From NCBI GenBank assembly GCA_020184695.1, contig JAANOX010000018.1, positions 1-64,000 on the forward strand: a stretch of 64,000 nt of DNA, written 5' to 3'. Below are positions 1 to 10,877 of the stretch, in pieces. Position numbers and translations under genes: made by a program. Below the pieces are notes generated by a model. It saw nothing but the letters and a program-made list of their open reading frames with translations, made no database searches and was not told where the DNA came from. Source of the DNA: Histomonas meleagridis 2922-C6/04-290x (Eukaryota; Protista; Parabasalia). Position 1 is the first letter of the stretch. Each line of letters begins with the position of its first letter.

Positions 1-130
1 AAATGCTCCTGTGTCGAGAAACGCGTGTCAGATTTTTTTTTAAGATTTCAATACTTTTAAAAACTTTTTCAGAACTAATTCAAATCATTTTGCCCGCCAA
101 TTTTTCAGTACCTATTCAATTATTAATCGT

Positions 131-580
131 TTTGCCACCAAATTAAATGACAATTCAAAAAATTTTACATTTGCCACTAAATTAAATGATAATTCAAAAT
201 ATTTTTTACAACAACTTCAACCGTCATTTTCTCCGTCCGTTAATTTCCGTTAAATTTTAAACAGAAAACGTTTAAAAAAAATTTTTTGAAATCCGTTAAA
301 AAAAGTTTATTTTTTACAACTTACTTTTTCAGCGGTTGTTCAAATTTATCAACCGTCATTTTCTCCGTCAGTTAATTTTTCGTAAACGTATCACTAACGA
401 ACGTTAATTTTTCATCAACTGACATGTGATATGAAATGAAAGACATGTGATATGAAATGATTTTTCGGAAACGATATGTGAAAATGAAAAACAAAAATGT
501 TATGTGAAATGTTTATATAAAAGTGACACAGACATGTGATATGAAATTTTACACAAAAAGTGACACCAAAAGTGACACAA
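131..580. repeat. Cluster of short direct repeats upstream of the HNH gene
   Basis: ~39-nt tandem pair 131-208 (TTTGCCACYAAATTAAATGAYAATTCAAAA); CAACCGTCATTTTCTCCGTC at 218-237 and 350-369; GACATGTGATATGAAAT at 421, 442 and 531; several AAAAGTGACAC copies. Confidence 0.8.
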
Positions 581-728
581 AATTTTTGAGGGTTAAAAAA
601 ATAAAAAAGTGAACCCTTTTTTTGAACCCTCAACGAAACGAAGTAAATTAACATTTTTCGGATGATTTCACAAAATCAAAAATTAAAGCTAATTTTTAAA
701 TAATTTATTTTTTTATTTTTAATAAAAT

Positions 729-1289
729 ATGAGTTGGAAAACTTGCGTTGTAAACCGAAATTATGAGATTAACACAGAATACCCTTATGCCATTAGAAGA
801 AAAAATGATAAAAAAATCATTAAAGAATTTTCAATAAAAACTACCGGTTATATTGCATGTAAATTAAACAGAAAATTATATCTTAAACATCGTATTGTTG
901 CATTACAATTTATTCCAAATCCTGATGACAAACCTTTTATAGATCACATAGATCACAATCGTTCAAACAATCACGTTTCAAATCTCCGTTGGGTTTATCA
1001 GTCAGAAAATCTAAAAAATAAAAGTTCAGGTAAAGGAAAAGACTTTGAATTCTTTGACGAAATCAACGAGGATTCAATTGAAGTTAATAAGTATGGCAAT
1101 CATCAATTAGAAGATTATTATTATGATGATAAAACAGATGCGTTTTACTTTTGGAACGGTATTAAATTCAGAAAATTAACAATCTGTTATGATAAGCGCG
1201 GTTCTGCTCATGTTTATTGCAGAGATACTAATAATTCAAGTTTTGCACTTTATTATTCAAAATTCAAAAAACTTTACGGTTTCGTTTAA
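729..1289 (+). CDS. HNH homing-type endonuclease (HNH_3-like), probably mobile-element associated
   Basis: Intact 186-aa ORF with motif HRIVALQFIPNPDDKPFIDHIDHNRSNNHVSNLRWV. Confidence 0.85.
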   Translation: MSWKTCVVNRNYEINTEYPYAIRRKNDKKIIKEFSIKTTGYIACKLNRKLYLKHRIVALQFIPNPDDKPFIDHIDHNRSNNHVSNLRWVYQSENLKNKSSGKGKDFEFFDEINEDSIEVNKYGNHQLEDYYYDDKTDAFYFWNGIKFRKLTICYDKRGSAHVYCRDTNNSSFALYYSKFKKLYGFV

Positions 1290-1452
1290 AAATAATTTAT
1301 TTTTTTGTCATTCAACTTTTGCGTTAAATCCTTCAATAAATGCTCATTTTCTCCGTTTCGTAAAGGGTTAAAAAAAGGTTAAAAAATCACCTTTGAAAAT
1401 TAAAAGGTACTTTTTACATTCAAAACCTCAGTTAATAACAACTTTAAGCTCC

Positions 1453-1514
1453 AAACACTAAAATCTACATAGGATTAACAACAAAACACTAAAATCCACA
1501 TAGTATTAACAACA
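1453..1514. repeat. 31-nt tandem duplication
   Basis: AAACACTAAAATCTACATAGGATTAACAACA followed by AAACACTAAAATCCACATAGTATTAACAACA. Confidence 0.85.
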
Positions 1515-1711
1515 ACTCAGCCGGATTCATGCATCACACATTTTAAATATAAATGTCATCATGAATTTAAATATATTTAATTACTTTCAATCAAAACCAA
1601 CCGATTTATGATAATTCAATCGATTTTAGCCGTTCATCCTTTAGTTTATGTAGCGCGAGTGGGAGCGAGTGCGTAGCACGAAGCTCACATAGCGCTGTGT
1701 GTGTGTGTGTT

Positions 1712-3110
1712 GAATTGTATTACAACAATGAATACATAATTTCTCATCAAAAAGTGTTAAAGCAACAATATTTTTCATTTTTCTTTGTTTAATTCCTGTG
1801 TCTAATTTTGTTTTCTTCATAAATTTATAATATATAAATATTAAAAAAAAAATGATTTCAAATAGCGAAATTCTTTTATCTAAATTTATATTGTCATTAG
1901 ACATTGCTTCTATAAATAAAGACCATGGTAAGAAATATAATAATGCTGAAAAATTATGTTTCTCATATAGCATTAAAGTATTGTTAATAGAAAATCTAGA
2001 AATGGGAAGAATATCGTGCATTTTTGTGATTTTGAAGTTATTAATTAAAATCGGTAATAAATTTAAATCTTCCCGTATTTCGGAAATGTCAATGATTGGT
2101 GAATTTCGATTAAATCCAATAGTTAATGGTACGCCTTTAAGTAAACAATATCTTGCACGTTTGAGTATATAAAGGGGATCACTAATATATCGAAAAAAAA
2201 CTTTTTTTACAATTTCAACAATTGAAGCTGTGTAATGTCCAGCAACACATTCATATTGACCAAAAAACGAATTATGATAAGAATCATAGCAATTATCACC
2301 ATCAAAGGCAAATCCAAGAACATATATATTATGATTCTTTAATTTATTACGTAATGTTTTGAGTGTTTCACATTGAATATTTGTTGCTTTCCCCTGAGGT
2401 GAAGGAGAAAAATGAATTATTGAGCACGAATAATCTGGATTTATAGGTTGAATGTAATAAACGAAGGCATAATTTTCTATTTGACTTCAATTTATCATTA
2501 AAGAATTTATCCATTGTTGTGCATTTTCGCAGAAAAATTGATATAGATTTTCAATATTTTGTAAAACTGTTTTTTTTAAACCAATAATTTCATTATCTTT
2601 TGTTATAGTCACATCGGGCGAATATGCTATTGCGTCAATACTTAAAATACAATCCATTGGAGCTGAACGAAAAATATTGATTTGATTGTCTTTATAATCA
2701 TTTATGATTCCATCTATTTGATTAATATCAATCAAAGACTTAAAACGTTCATTGATTAAATTTGCTAAATGATTATGTATTATTGATGTATAAAAAGGTA
2801 ATGGAATAAAAGATCATATATAACGTAAAGCTTGTGGCGAAATCGAATTAATATTGGATGCTAATTGATAAATTTTTTCATCATATCTTTTTGCATTTGG
2901 GTGAACTCCAAGGTTTCTCAATATTGGATTGATAATTTCATCATATTTTTCATTTTCTGAATTAATATCTTCATTTCTCTCTATGTTTGAAACACATTTG
3001 ACACTTTTCGCTTCATAAAGTTATCTATAAATACGTGCTTGTCTTTCTGCCTTGATCCGCTTTTGTCTTTCTCGCGCTGCTAATTGCAAGGCTTGTCTTG
3101 ATTTTTCCAT
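1712..3110 (-). pseudogene. Decayed, 3'-truncated P-superfamily (THAP9/P-like) DNA transposase
   Basis: Stitched minus-strand frames read PNAKRYDEKIYQLA..ISPQALRYM/SFIPLP (P N-terminal motif), CILSIDAIA, GFAFDGD, YISDPLYILKRARY (DxxH-like) and TKMHD. There are in-frame stops and a frameshift. ORFs 2487-2735 and 1641-2021 are pieces of it. Confidence 0.65.
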
Positions 3111-3602
3111 GATAAAAAATAAAAATGATGTGAACGAAAAATTTCCTCAGAATTTCAATGGTATTGAATGAAAAACAACTAGATGCATTCAAATCAGTGA
3201 AAATTTTGATTCAGAAAGCTTCCGGCGACGTTTTGTAAAGTATTCAAATTATTTTTTTGGGAAACACCACAAAAAGAATTGCACATAAAAAAAAAATTCA
3301 GCAGTCCAATTCCTTAAATTTAACAGAAATTTTACGACACGTTTCTCATCCTTTTTTTAAAACCATCATTAAATCATGAAATGAAATGAAAAAAAAATTA
3401 AATATAATTGTTTAAATCATATGTTTTTTCAACTTGATTTAACATTAAGTTAAGAAGAACTTCTAAAAAAATGTGGAAAAAGAGTAATTTACCAAACATT
3501 ATATTAAAATATAGAAATTATATAACATTTTAAATAAAAAACACTTTTATTTACAAATTATTTAACACACATAAATCATTTAAAAATTATAATTCAAGAA
3601 CA

Positions 3603-4334
3603 TCAAGATTGCAATACCTCATCAAGTTGTTCTTTGAGAATAGACAATGTTGATGGCTTTAGTAAGTTAATGTTTAATTCGTTGCTCGAGGAACACGACA
3701 TAAACCCTGGCTCTTGTTCTTTCAAGATTGATAATATTTTTTGTACTTGTGATTCTTTTAATGAATTTAAAGAATTTGTAAGTTCTATTAGTTCTTCAGG
3801 TGTGAAAGATTTGAAATATCTTCGAAATTGTGGAGGCGGAAGATCTTCAATAATTGGTGTAAGTTGATCTCTTTTAATAATTGGTTTCGCTTTTTGTCCG
3901 GACGCTGGTCTACATTTTATCATTTCACGGCCACATACAAGTAATTCTTGATGTAATTGAATAAGTTTGAGTTTCCAACAATCAACTGATGTTTCTGCAA
4001 TCGCTTTTGAAATTTCTGCAAAGAAGTGCTTAAGATCAAGAGTAATTATCCGAACAAGATCATTGTTTTTGTGAAATAAAAGAGAATTATTCCAGACTTT
4101 TTCAACATCATTTTTCCATTCTAGGATCGTTTTATATTTATTTTTTTCAAGGTTTGTTTTGATAGTGGTTAAGTCAATAGGGTCTTTAATCACTTCATAA
4201 TAATTTGCATATTCTTCATCTTTGGGATCAACTGGATGAAGAAATATTTCTGCTAATGGCCTTGCACAAAGGGTGTTCATGGCTTTTAATGCTTTTGCTT
4301 TGAGGAATTCTGGAAGAACATTTTGCCTTTTCAT
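3603..4334 (-). CDS. Bromodomain protein with C-terminal ET-like domain
   Basis: IFLHPVDP..YYEVIKDPIDLTTIKTNLEKNKY..VWNNSLLFH; C-terminal LTNSLNSL..ELNINLLKPSTL. First ATG at 4334 (the ORF track starts at TTG). Confidence 0.9.
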   Translation of the reverse strand: MKRQNVLPEFLKAKALKAMNTLCARPLAEIFLHPVDPKDEEYANYYEVIKDPIDLTTIKTNLEKNKYKTILEWKNDVEKVWNNSLLFHKNNDLVRIITLDLKHFFAEISKAIAETSVDCWKLKLIQLHQELLVCGREMIKCRPASGQKAKPIIKRDQLTPIIEDLPPPQFRRYFKSFTPEELIELTNSLNSLKESQVQKILSILKEQEPGFMSCSSSNELNINLLKPSTLSILKEQLDEVLQS

Positions 4335-4996
4335 GCGTGGTTTAAATAACGGTCTCTTTAAAGTGTCTAAGATTATGTAGACAGCCAAATTTCAGATTTT
4401 TTGTATATGATTAAGGCGAAGAGCTTTCTCAATCCAATGTTCTTCGGAATAGAAAAGTTTTAAAACTAACAATTAAATGTAATTTTCTGAAATTGCAAAA
4501 TAATATCCAAGAAATAAAAAGGTATGATTTCTACTATGCAGCGCATCTATTCATTTCTTTTTCATGATATAAAATAATTTTCCAAATCCTAATTTTTTTC
4601 CTTTGGTTGTTTTTTATTAGGAATACGGTTAGATTTTGTAGCATTCAATTTTCAAATAATTTTTTTTTATTTCCCTCATAAAAATTCAAAAGAAAGCTAA
4701 ACGAACCGTTATTTATGGTGTCGAATAAAAAACTCTAAATCTTCTTTTTCTTTGTACTTAATGAACGCACAATTCATCCTTTTTGCAAGGACAAAAAAGA
4801 GGATTATGTTATATTTTCACCAAAAAAGAGATCGGAGGACATCAAAAATGGCGCCATTTTGAGTTTTAGTTCCAAGAACAACAAGTAACCGACCATTTAA
4901 GAACGGAAATGAATTAGCTTTTTAAATCATTTTCACATAACATGTCAAGGGGTTCAGTATATTGAGTAAGATTCGTTTATTATTTCCAAAATTTCG

Positions 4997-5911
4997 ATGG
5001 AAGGGTTCCCACTTCCCGATCTTGATTTTGATGATGAAGATGATTACGGGGAGTCAAGCCAATTAATGCCTTCTCCCATGCCCTCTTCAATTCATGCCTT
5101 AACAGATGACGAAAGAACTGACATATGCGAATCAAATGGAATTACTTTGGGTTCTGAAACCCCGTTAAGGTGTACAAGCAATTCAGCAGTTTACGAAGCA
5201 TACTCAACGGACGATAATAATATGCGTTATGCAATTAAAATCACAGAACACAAAAAACGAGTTAGAGATGAATTTGATCGAATAAGAATGATGGAAAGTG
5301 AACAAATATCTTCACCGTTTTTTGTAAAAACAATTAACTTCTATGAAAGTCCAACAAAAGCGATGCTTCAGATGGAGTTGTGTGAAAGAGGAGATATCTC
5401 AGATTACAATTTTGTCGCAGAAGACGAAAGCAGGATCTGGCACTTGATTCATGACATTGGGACAGCACTCCATATACTCCATTCGAGAGGATTAATGCAT
5501 CTTGATGTTTCTCCAGGAAACATATTGATGACAGACCACCACTTCAAATTAGCAGATTTCGGCACACTCACAAAAATCAATTTTTTCTCAGAAGGAGACG
5601 AAGGCGCAGGGCCGTACGTCTCTCCAGAGGCACTTGCATTTCCAAATGGTCCAAGGGTAACATCAGCAACGGATATATTCAGTTTTGGTGTTGTCCTTTT
5701 GGAAGCTGCAAGTGGTAAAAGCGCACCCAGAGGTGGTTGCCAAGGATACGCAAAGATTCGGAACGGCGAAATCAGACTTGGTCATGGGGCATATCAGACA
5801 CCTTTCTCACAACACTTGTGTAACTTGGTAAACGCAATGCTAGACCCATGCCCAGACCGTCGGCCAAGTGCCGAGCAGATTGTTTATGAATCAATTAAAC
5901 ATTGTGAATAA
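4997..5911 (+). CDS. WEE/Myt1-like protein kinase
   Basis: YAIK, MHLDVSPGNIL, KLADFG, EGAGPYVSPE, DIFSFG; short activation segment of Wee/Myt1 type. Confidence 0.75.
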   Translation: MEGFPLPDLDFDDEDDYGESSQLMPSPMPSSIHALTDDERTDICESNGITLGSETPLRCTSNSAVYEAYSTDDNNMRYAIKITEHKKRVRDEFDRIRMMESEQISSPFFVKTINFYESPTKAMLQMELCERGDISDYNFVAEDESRIWHLIHDIGTALHILHSRGLMHLDVSPGNILMTDHHFKLADFGTLTKINFFSEGDEGAGPYVSPEALAFPNGPRVTSATDIFSFGVVLLEAASGKSAPRGGCQGYAKIRNGEIRLGHGAYQTPFSQHLCNLVNAMLDPCPDRRPSAEQIVYESIKHCE

Positions 5912-6354
5912 ATCTTTCTCAAAAATTCTTAGCGACGTCCGGATAAAGCACTCAAAATTTCCTCTTTAGTTTTACAACATTTGAAAACATTTCCGTTTAT
6001 ATTTTTTATCGCAATTACTAATTTGCAATATTACCTGTTATTCCTTCTTTATGATCTTCAAGGATATCCTTCGTAGTACATGTGGTATGTGACCATTAAA
6101 ATAATAATTAATGGTTTGGTTTAATAATTAACTAATTGTCACAAAATTGACATGAATTTTGTTCATAGAATTAATGAATCCTAAAATTTCCTAGTGACAA
6201 GCACAGCTTAAAACATTGGAAAATTTGTTCTGTAAACAATTTTCTTGAAAGAGAATAAAAACATTGATCTGATCGTTTTTATCAGAAATGCTACGGTTAG
6301 AGTGGCACACCATTCCACAACGTTATCCGTCACTTTTCAAATATACTCGGCTTA

Positions 6355-7971
6355 ATGGAAGATTTCTCGATCAGTTTTGTGCCAAAAACTGAGAGAGGGA
6401 AAGCACAACCAGTTCAAAATCATCCACATAGAAAGCCGCAAAAGAAAATGATAGAAGCAACACTTTCGAGAGATGAAAAGAAAGTTGTTCACGAACGCTA
6501 TACAGGAGAAAAAGAGCGCAACATTCGGAGTTTTACAGCTCCATTTTCAGAGGATTGGAGTTTCAAAGAAGACACAACACTCAAAGATTATTCCAAACAA
6601 GAATTTGTATTTAAAAAGAAAAAAGAGGATGAATTTTCTCGCCCTTCAAGACACCGTAATAGGCCCCCAGAAGAAACTAGACAATGGGGTCCACGTGACA
6701 CACGTCTTTGGCGATCCAATAATGATGTATTTGTTCAAGCGAAAGAACGAAACATTACCCCACCTATCATTGAATGGGATTCTTTTTCTATTCTTCCACA
6801 TATCCTTATTGATTCTCTTTTGCAGTGTAATTATTTCCATCCACTACCAGTTCAATCGCAATGTATTCCCTTATCACTCGATGGATGTGACGTTATTGGC
6901 TTGTCACAACCAGGTACTGGTAAAACTCTTGCTTATGCAGTTCCTTTAATTTGTACTGTTATGAAATATTTAGAAGTACATCAGTACAGTCCAACCGATG
7001 GTGCTCTTGGTGTTGTTCTTGTACCTACTCATGAACTTGCTAATCAAGTTCATGAAGTCATTTCAAGTATCTGCATTTCGCTTGGGATTAATACATTTGC
7101 ACTCACAGGTGGCTTTTCCATCACAGACCAAGCGCTTACATTACGTCATGGCTACCAAATCATTGTTGCAACTCCCGGTCGACTTGATGATGTTCTTAAC
7201 GGTCACCTTATGGCGGTTGACAACTGTCAATTTGTTGTTTTAGATGAAGCCGATAAAATGATTGATCGATCATTTTCATCACAAATCGAGAGTATTCTCT
7301 CTTCTGTATCACCAGATAAGCGTCTTCTTATGTTTTCCGCCACAATGCCCGAAGCTGTTATGACTATTGTTGAAAAGTTCTTTACAAATGTTGTCAAAGT
7401 ACGTGTTGGACAAATTGGAGATGCGTCAGAGAACATTACACAAGTTGTTCATTACACGTCAGTCCTTGAACGCGATCAAAGAGTCATTGAAGATATGCAT
7501 GGGCTTAAGCAGCCAATTCTTGTGTTTGCTAACACGAGAGAATCATGTGAACATATTGCGAATGTACTCGGCAACGAAGGATTTCGTGTTGCATTTATCC
7601 ATGGCGGCAAAGCGCAAAAAGACAGAGAAGCAGTCATTGACGCATTGCAGGACGGAATCATCGACATCATTGTTGCAACTGATGTTCTTTCAAGAGGTAT
7701 CGATATTGACTCGATTGAGAACGTTGTGAATTACCAAGTTCCAGAAGACATAAGTGTATACGTACATAGAATAGGAAGAACAGGAAGAGCAGGGAAAAGG
7801 GGAACAGCCATCAGCTACGTTACGCCTGAGGATAGGGTAATAATGTACGACCTGAGAAGGCTGTTGGAAAGAAACAAAATTGAGGTGCCCGAAGGAATGA
7901 AAATGAATCCAGACTCGATGACAAAGGTAAGGCCCGACTACGAGCAATACCAAGACTATAGGGATATATGA
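6355..7971 (+). CDS. PRP28: DEAD-box RNA helicase, Prp28/DDX23-like
   Basis: QPGTGKT, PTHELA, TPGRL, DEAD, SAT and HRIGRTGRAG motifs; the N-terminal region resembles DDX23. The subfamily call is less certain than the family call. Confidence 0.75.
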   Translation: MEDFSISFVPKTERGKAQPVQNHPHRKPQKKMIEATLSRDEKKVVHERYTGEKERNIRSFTAPFSEDWSFKEDTTLKDYSKQEFVFKKKKEDEFSRPSRHRNRPPEETRQWGPRDTRLWRSNNDVFVQAKERNITPPIIEWDSFSILPHILIDSLLQCNYFHPLPVQSQCIPLSLDGCDVIGLSQPGTGKTLAYAVPLICTVMKYLEVHQYSPTDGALGVVLVPTHELANQVHEVISSICISLGINTFALTGGFSITDQALTLRHGYQIIVATPGRLDDVLNGHLMAVDNCQFVVLDEADKMIDRSFSSQIESILSSVSPDKRLLMFSATMPEAVMTIVEKFFTNVVKVRVGQIGDASENITQVVHYTSVLERDQRVIEDMHGLKQPILVFANTRESCEHIANVLGNEGFRVAFIHGGKAQKDREAVIDALQDGIIDIIVATDVLSRGIDIDSIENVVNYQVPEDISVYVHRIGRTGRAGKRGTAISYVTPEDRVIMYDLRRLLERNKIEVPEGMKMNPDSMTKVRPDYEQYQDYRDI

Positions 7972-8411
7972 TGTTATGATATTAAATTTAATAAAAATAT
8001 TTGGAACGAAATATATTTCCTATTCCGATTCTGATTTGATTTTCATGAGCGAATTATCGAAATACCAATGAGTTATGTCATGACGTGAACCATTTTTTAC
8101 GTTAGCATAGAAAGAAAGATCGCAATAAAATATATGATAAATGAAATTATTTTCATTAAAATATCTTTAATTAATCATAATATGAAAATATAATAACAAG
8201 TATCATTTTGATGTCTCATTACAAAAGGAGATAATAATAGGATAGAAATTCTATTATACGAATGAAATTATAATTAAGTTAACGAGTTTGCTTCATGAAG
8301 TTATGTCATAGATTCCATGGTTTACACAATGATATCTTTTTCAGTTATTATTTGGTCGGATAATTAGAATAACGTGCTACCGGCGGTTTTGGAGGCTTGA
8401 CATTTCGATTG

Positions 8412-8742
8412 ATGTCCCAAGATCCTGCACCAAAATTTGTCGTAACAAAATGGAATGCAGTTGCCCTATGGTCATGGGAAATGGAACAAGATACATGCGC
8501 AATTTGCAAGTATTTTTAATTTCTAATACCAGATCGTCTCTTGTTGAAAAGTGCGTTCAATGCCAGGCTAACGAATCAGATGAGAGTGAACCATGTCCTC
8601 CAGCTTTCGTATGTTTTAATTCTAACATCAGGGTCAATGTAATCATGCTTTTCATCTTCACTGTATTAACAAATGGATTAAAAATAGTCCAACATGCCCA
8701 TTGTGCAATGCACAGTGGGTTATGACACAAACTCAGAAGTAA
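8412..8742 (+). CDS. RBX1: RING-box protein (RBX1 family), 3 exons: 8412-8509, 8533-8608, 8632-8742; 94 aa
   Basis: Removing two 23-nt GT..AG introns gives [94 protein letters not shown]. This product is absent from the ORF track. Confidence 0.92.
8510..8532 (+). other. 23-nt spliceosomal intron 1 of RBX1
   Basis: GTATTTTTAATTTCTAATACCAG; removal restores the RING frame. Confidence 0.9.
8609..8631 (+). other. 23-nt spliceosomal intron 2 of RBX1
   Basis: GTATGTTTTAATTCTAACATCAG; fused branch point/3' splice site (CTAACATCAG). Confidence 0.9.
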
Positions 8743-8968
8743 TTTTATCAATAAAAGTTTTTTTTATTAAACATTTTAAAAAATACGCATATCCATTTTC
8801 TTTTTTAAATTCATTTTTTAACATTTACAATATTCACAGCAAAAACAAAGCATTCGAAGATGAAATACTCAAATCTTTTTTTTTTTGGATTATTGTTTTG
8901 TTGAACTTTTAAATGAGTTTACTTTATACACAAAAGCATAAAAATTAAATTGATGGATAGTTGCAGTT

Positions 8969-9391
8969 TTATTTGGCTTTCACAATATCAATTGCATAGT
9001 CCAATGAAAAAAGTGTCCTTTTTGTTTCATCAACAAAATCTAAGTGGAGTTCCAATTTTCCTCGAACAAAAAATCCTTTTGGAGTTTCCATATCTTCAAA
9101 TTTGTGAAAATGCATTTCATCACTTGGCTCAAAATCACCAAGGAGATCTTCAGATGTGTTAACGCATAACCCAACTTTATATACCTTCCTTCTGCAGGTA
9201 AGTTTTCGGATTGGTTTATTGATCTTAAAATATATAGCATTATGTGAAAAACTTCCTTCTTCAATTGGGGTTGTTATACCTTCAATTTTAAAGTGATCTT
9301 GGTGTGGAAATGGTTCACTTTCATATAGAATTTTTCCATCTTTTGTAGCGATCTCAAGATGATGTGGAACGAAATCATTTGATCCCTCCAT
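8969..9391 (-). CDS. Rho GDP-dissociation inhibitor-like Ig domain
   Basis: RKVYKVGLCV..LGDFEP..ETPKGFFVRG..FVDE resembles the RhoGDI C-terminal domain. Confidence 0.65.
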   Translation of the reverse strand: MEGSNDFVPHHLEIATKDGKILYESEPFPHQDHFKIEGITTPIEEGSFSHNAIYFKINKPIRKLTCRRKVYKVGLCVNTSEDLLGDFEPSDEMHFHKFEDMETPKGFFVRGKLELHLDFVDETKRTLFSLDYAIDIVKAK

Positions 9392-9872
9392 GAGAAATGA
9401 ACGATAGTACTTTTTTAGAACGAAATTCTGACTGTATCGTTATATCGTACTTTTCGAATGTAATTGAAAAAAACATAAAAATTGATATCCCCGTCAATAT
9501 CGGCGAAAATCAACTTTTTGATAGGCGGATATCCATGTCAAAATACAAATATCATTATTAAACATTAATTTAGAGCATAACAAGCAACAATATATTTTTT
9601 CCTAGAAAATCGATGAAAATATTTATAAATCAATTTCTTTTTGCAATAAGATATCGCATTTTTTATCATCTTTGATTTTCAATGCAATATGATCGAAACA
9701 ATTGAGAGGATTACAAAGTACTCAATTTACTCAATAAGGTGCGGAAGTCTCATAAAAAGTGAGTTTTTTTTTTGACTTTTTTGAAAAAGTAAATTGAATT
9801 CGTAATTTGAATAAATTTATACAAAAATTGAGTGCACATGCGGCAAATTAATTGGTCAATTCACATTGATTT

Positions 9873-10877
9873 ATGACAACAGAACAAGTCTTCCTTGATC
9901 TCCCAGAGACCGAAACATTCAACGTTTTCAGGATTGAAAACTTCAAAGTTGTTCCATGGAAAGACATTGGTGCTTTCTACACTGGCGATGCATACATTGT
10001 CTTAAATGCTTACAAGGTTGGAACAAGCCAACGTGTCCAACGTGATATCTTCTTCTGGCTTGGTGCTGAATGCACACAAGATGAATCAGGTACCGCTGCT
10101 ATCAAATCTGTTGAACTTGATGACCGCTTCAAAGGAGAACCAACCCAACACCGTGAAATCCAAGGTCACGAAAGTGATGCATTCATGAAAGCCTTCGAAA
10201 AGTATGGTGGCGTTCGTTACATGGATGGAGGTATCGACTCTGGCTTCAGGAAAGTTGATCCAAATGCTGAACCAACAGTCCTCTACCAAATCAAAGGCCG
10301 CAGGCACCCAGTTCTCCAACAGGTTCCACCAGTTGGTACATCTCTTAACCAAGGTGATGTATTCATCGTTGTTGCTCCAGGAAACATCTTCCTCTGGATC
10401 GGCAAGAACGCCAACCTTATGGAAAAGAACAAGGGCGCCATGGTTTTAGAAAAGTTAAAATCCCAAAATCCAAAGCATAAATCACATCGTCTTGAAGGTG
10501 GCGAGACAACACCAGAATTCTGGCAAGCTCTTGGTGGTGAAACCGCAATTGCTGATGCTAAGGCAGGAGGTGCTGATGAAGAACATGAAGCAGCCAGCGT
10601 TCGTAAGATCTTCAAGGTTGAAGGCGGCAAAGCTACACTTGTTGCTGAAGGCAATGCAGCTACAAGGGACAAGCTTCAAGGAGCATCTATGTACATCATC
10701 CAACGTGGTAATTACATTTTGGTTTATGCCGGAAATGGCGTTCCAGCTGAAGAAATCAAGCAAATGATCAACATTGGTGTCAAGTTCATCGGTGATAATG
10801 GTCTTCCAAACTGGACACCAATCGCTACAGTCCGTGAAGGAGTTGCTTCACAAGACCTCGAAGTCATCTTCGCATGA
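9873..10877 (+). CDS. Gelsolin/severin-family actin-binding protein (about 3 domains)
   Basis: FRIENFKVVPW..GAFYTGDAYIVL..IFFWLG..QDESGTAAIK..QHREIQGHES; LNQGDVFI; strong C-ending codon bias. Confidence 0.92.
   Translation: MTTEQVFLDLPETETFNVFRIENFKVVPWKDIGAFYTGDAYIVLNAYKVGTSQRVQRDIFFWLGAECTQDESGTAAIKSVELDDRFKGEPTQHREIQGHESDAFMKAFEKYGGVRYMDGGIDSGFRKVDPNAEPTVLYQIKGRRHPVLQQVPPVGTSLNQGDVFIVVAPGNIFLWIGKNANLMEKNKGAMVLEKLKSQNPKHKSHRLEGGETTPEFWQALGGETAIADAKAGGADEEHEAASVRKIFKVEGGKATLVAEGNAATRDKLQGASMYIIQRGNYILVYAGNGVPAEEIKQMINIGVKFIGDNGLPNWTPIATVREGVASQDLEVIFA

Noticed and set aside
14-3348. GAGAAACGCGTGTC (16-29) and GACACGTTTCTC (~3336-3347) as terminal inverted repeats of one element
   Set aside because: Only about 12 nt with an indel; no TSD; the left end is too close to the window edge to judge.
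8450-8912. ORF-track calls 8450-8725, 8557-8751 and 8694-8912
   Set aside because: Explained as alternative frames of the spliced RBX1 gene.
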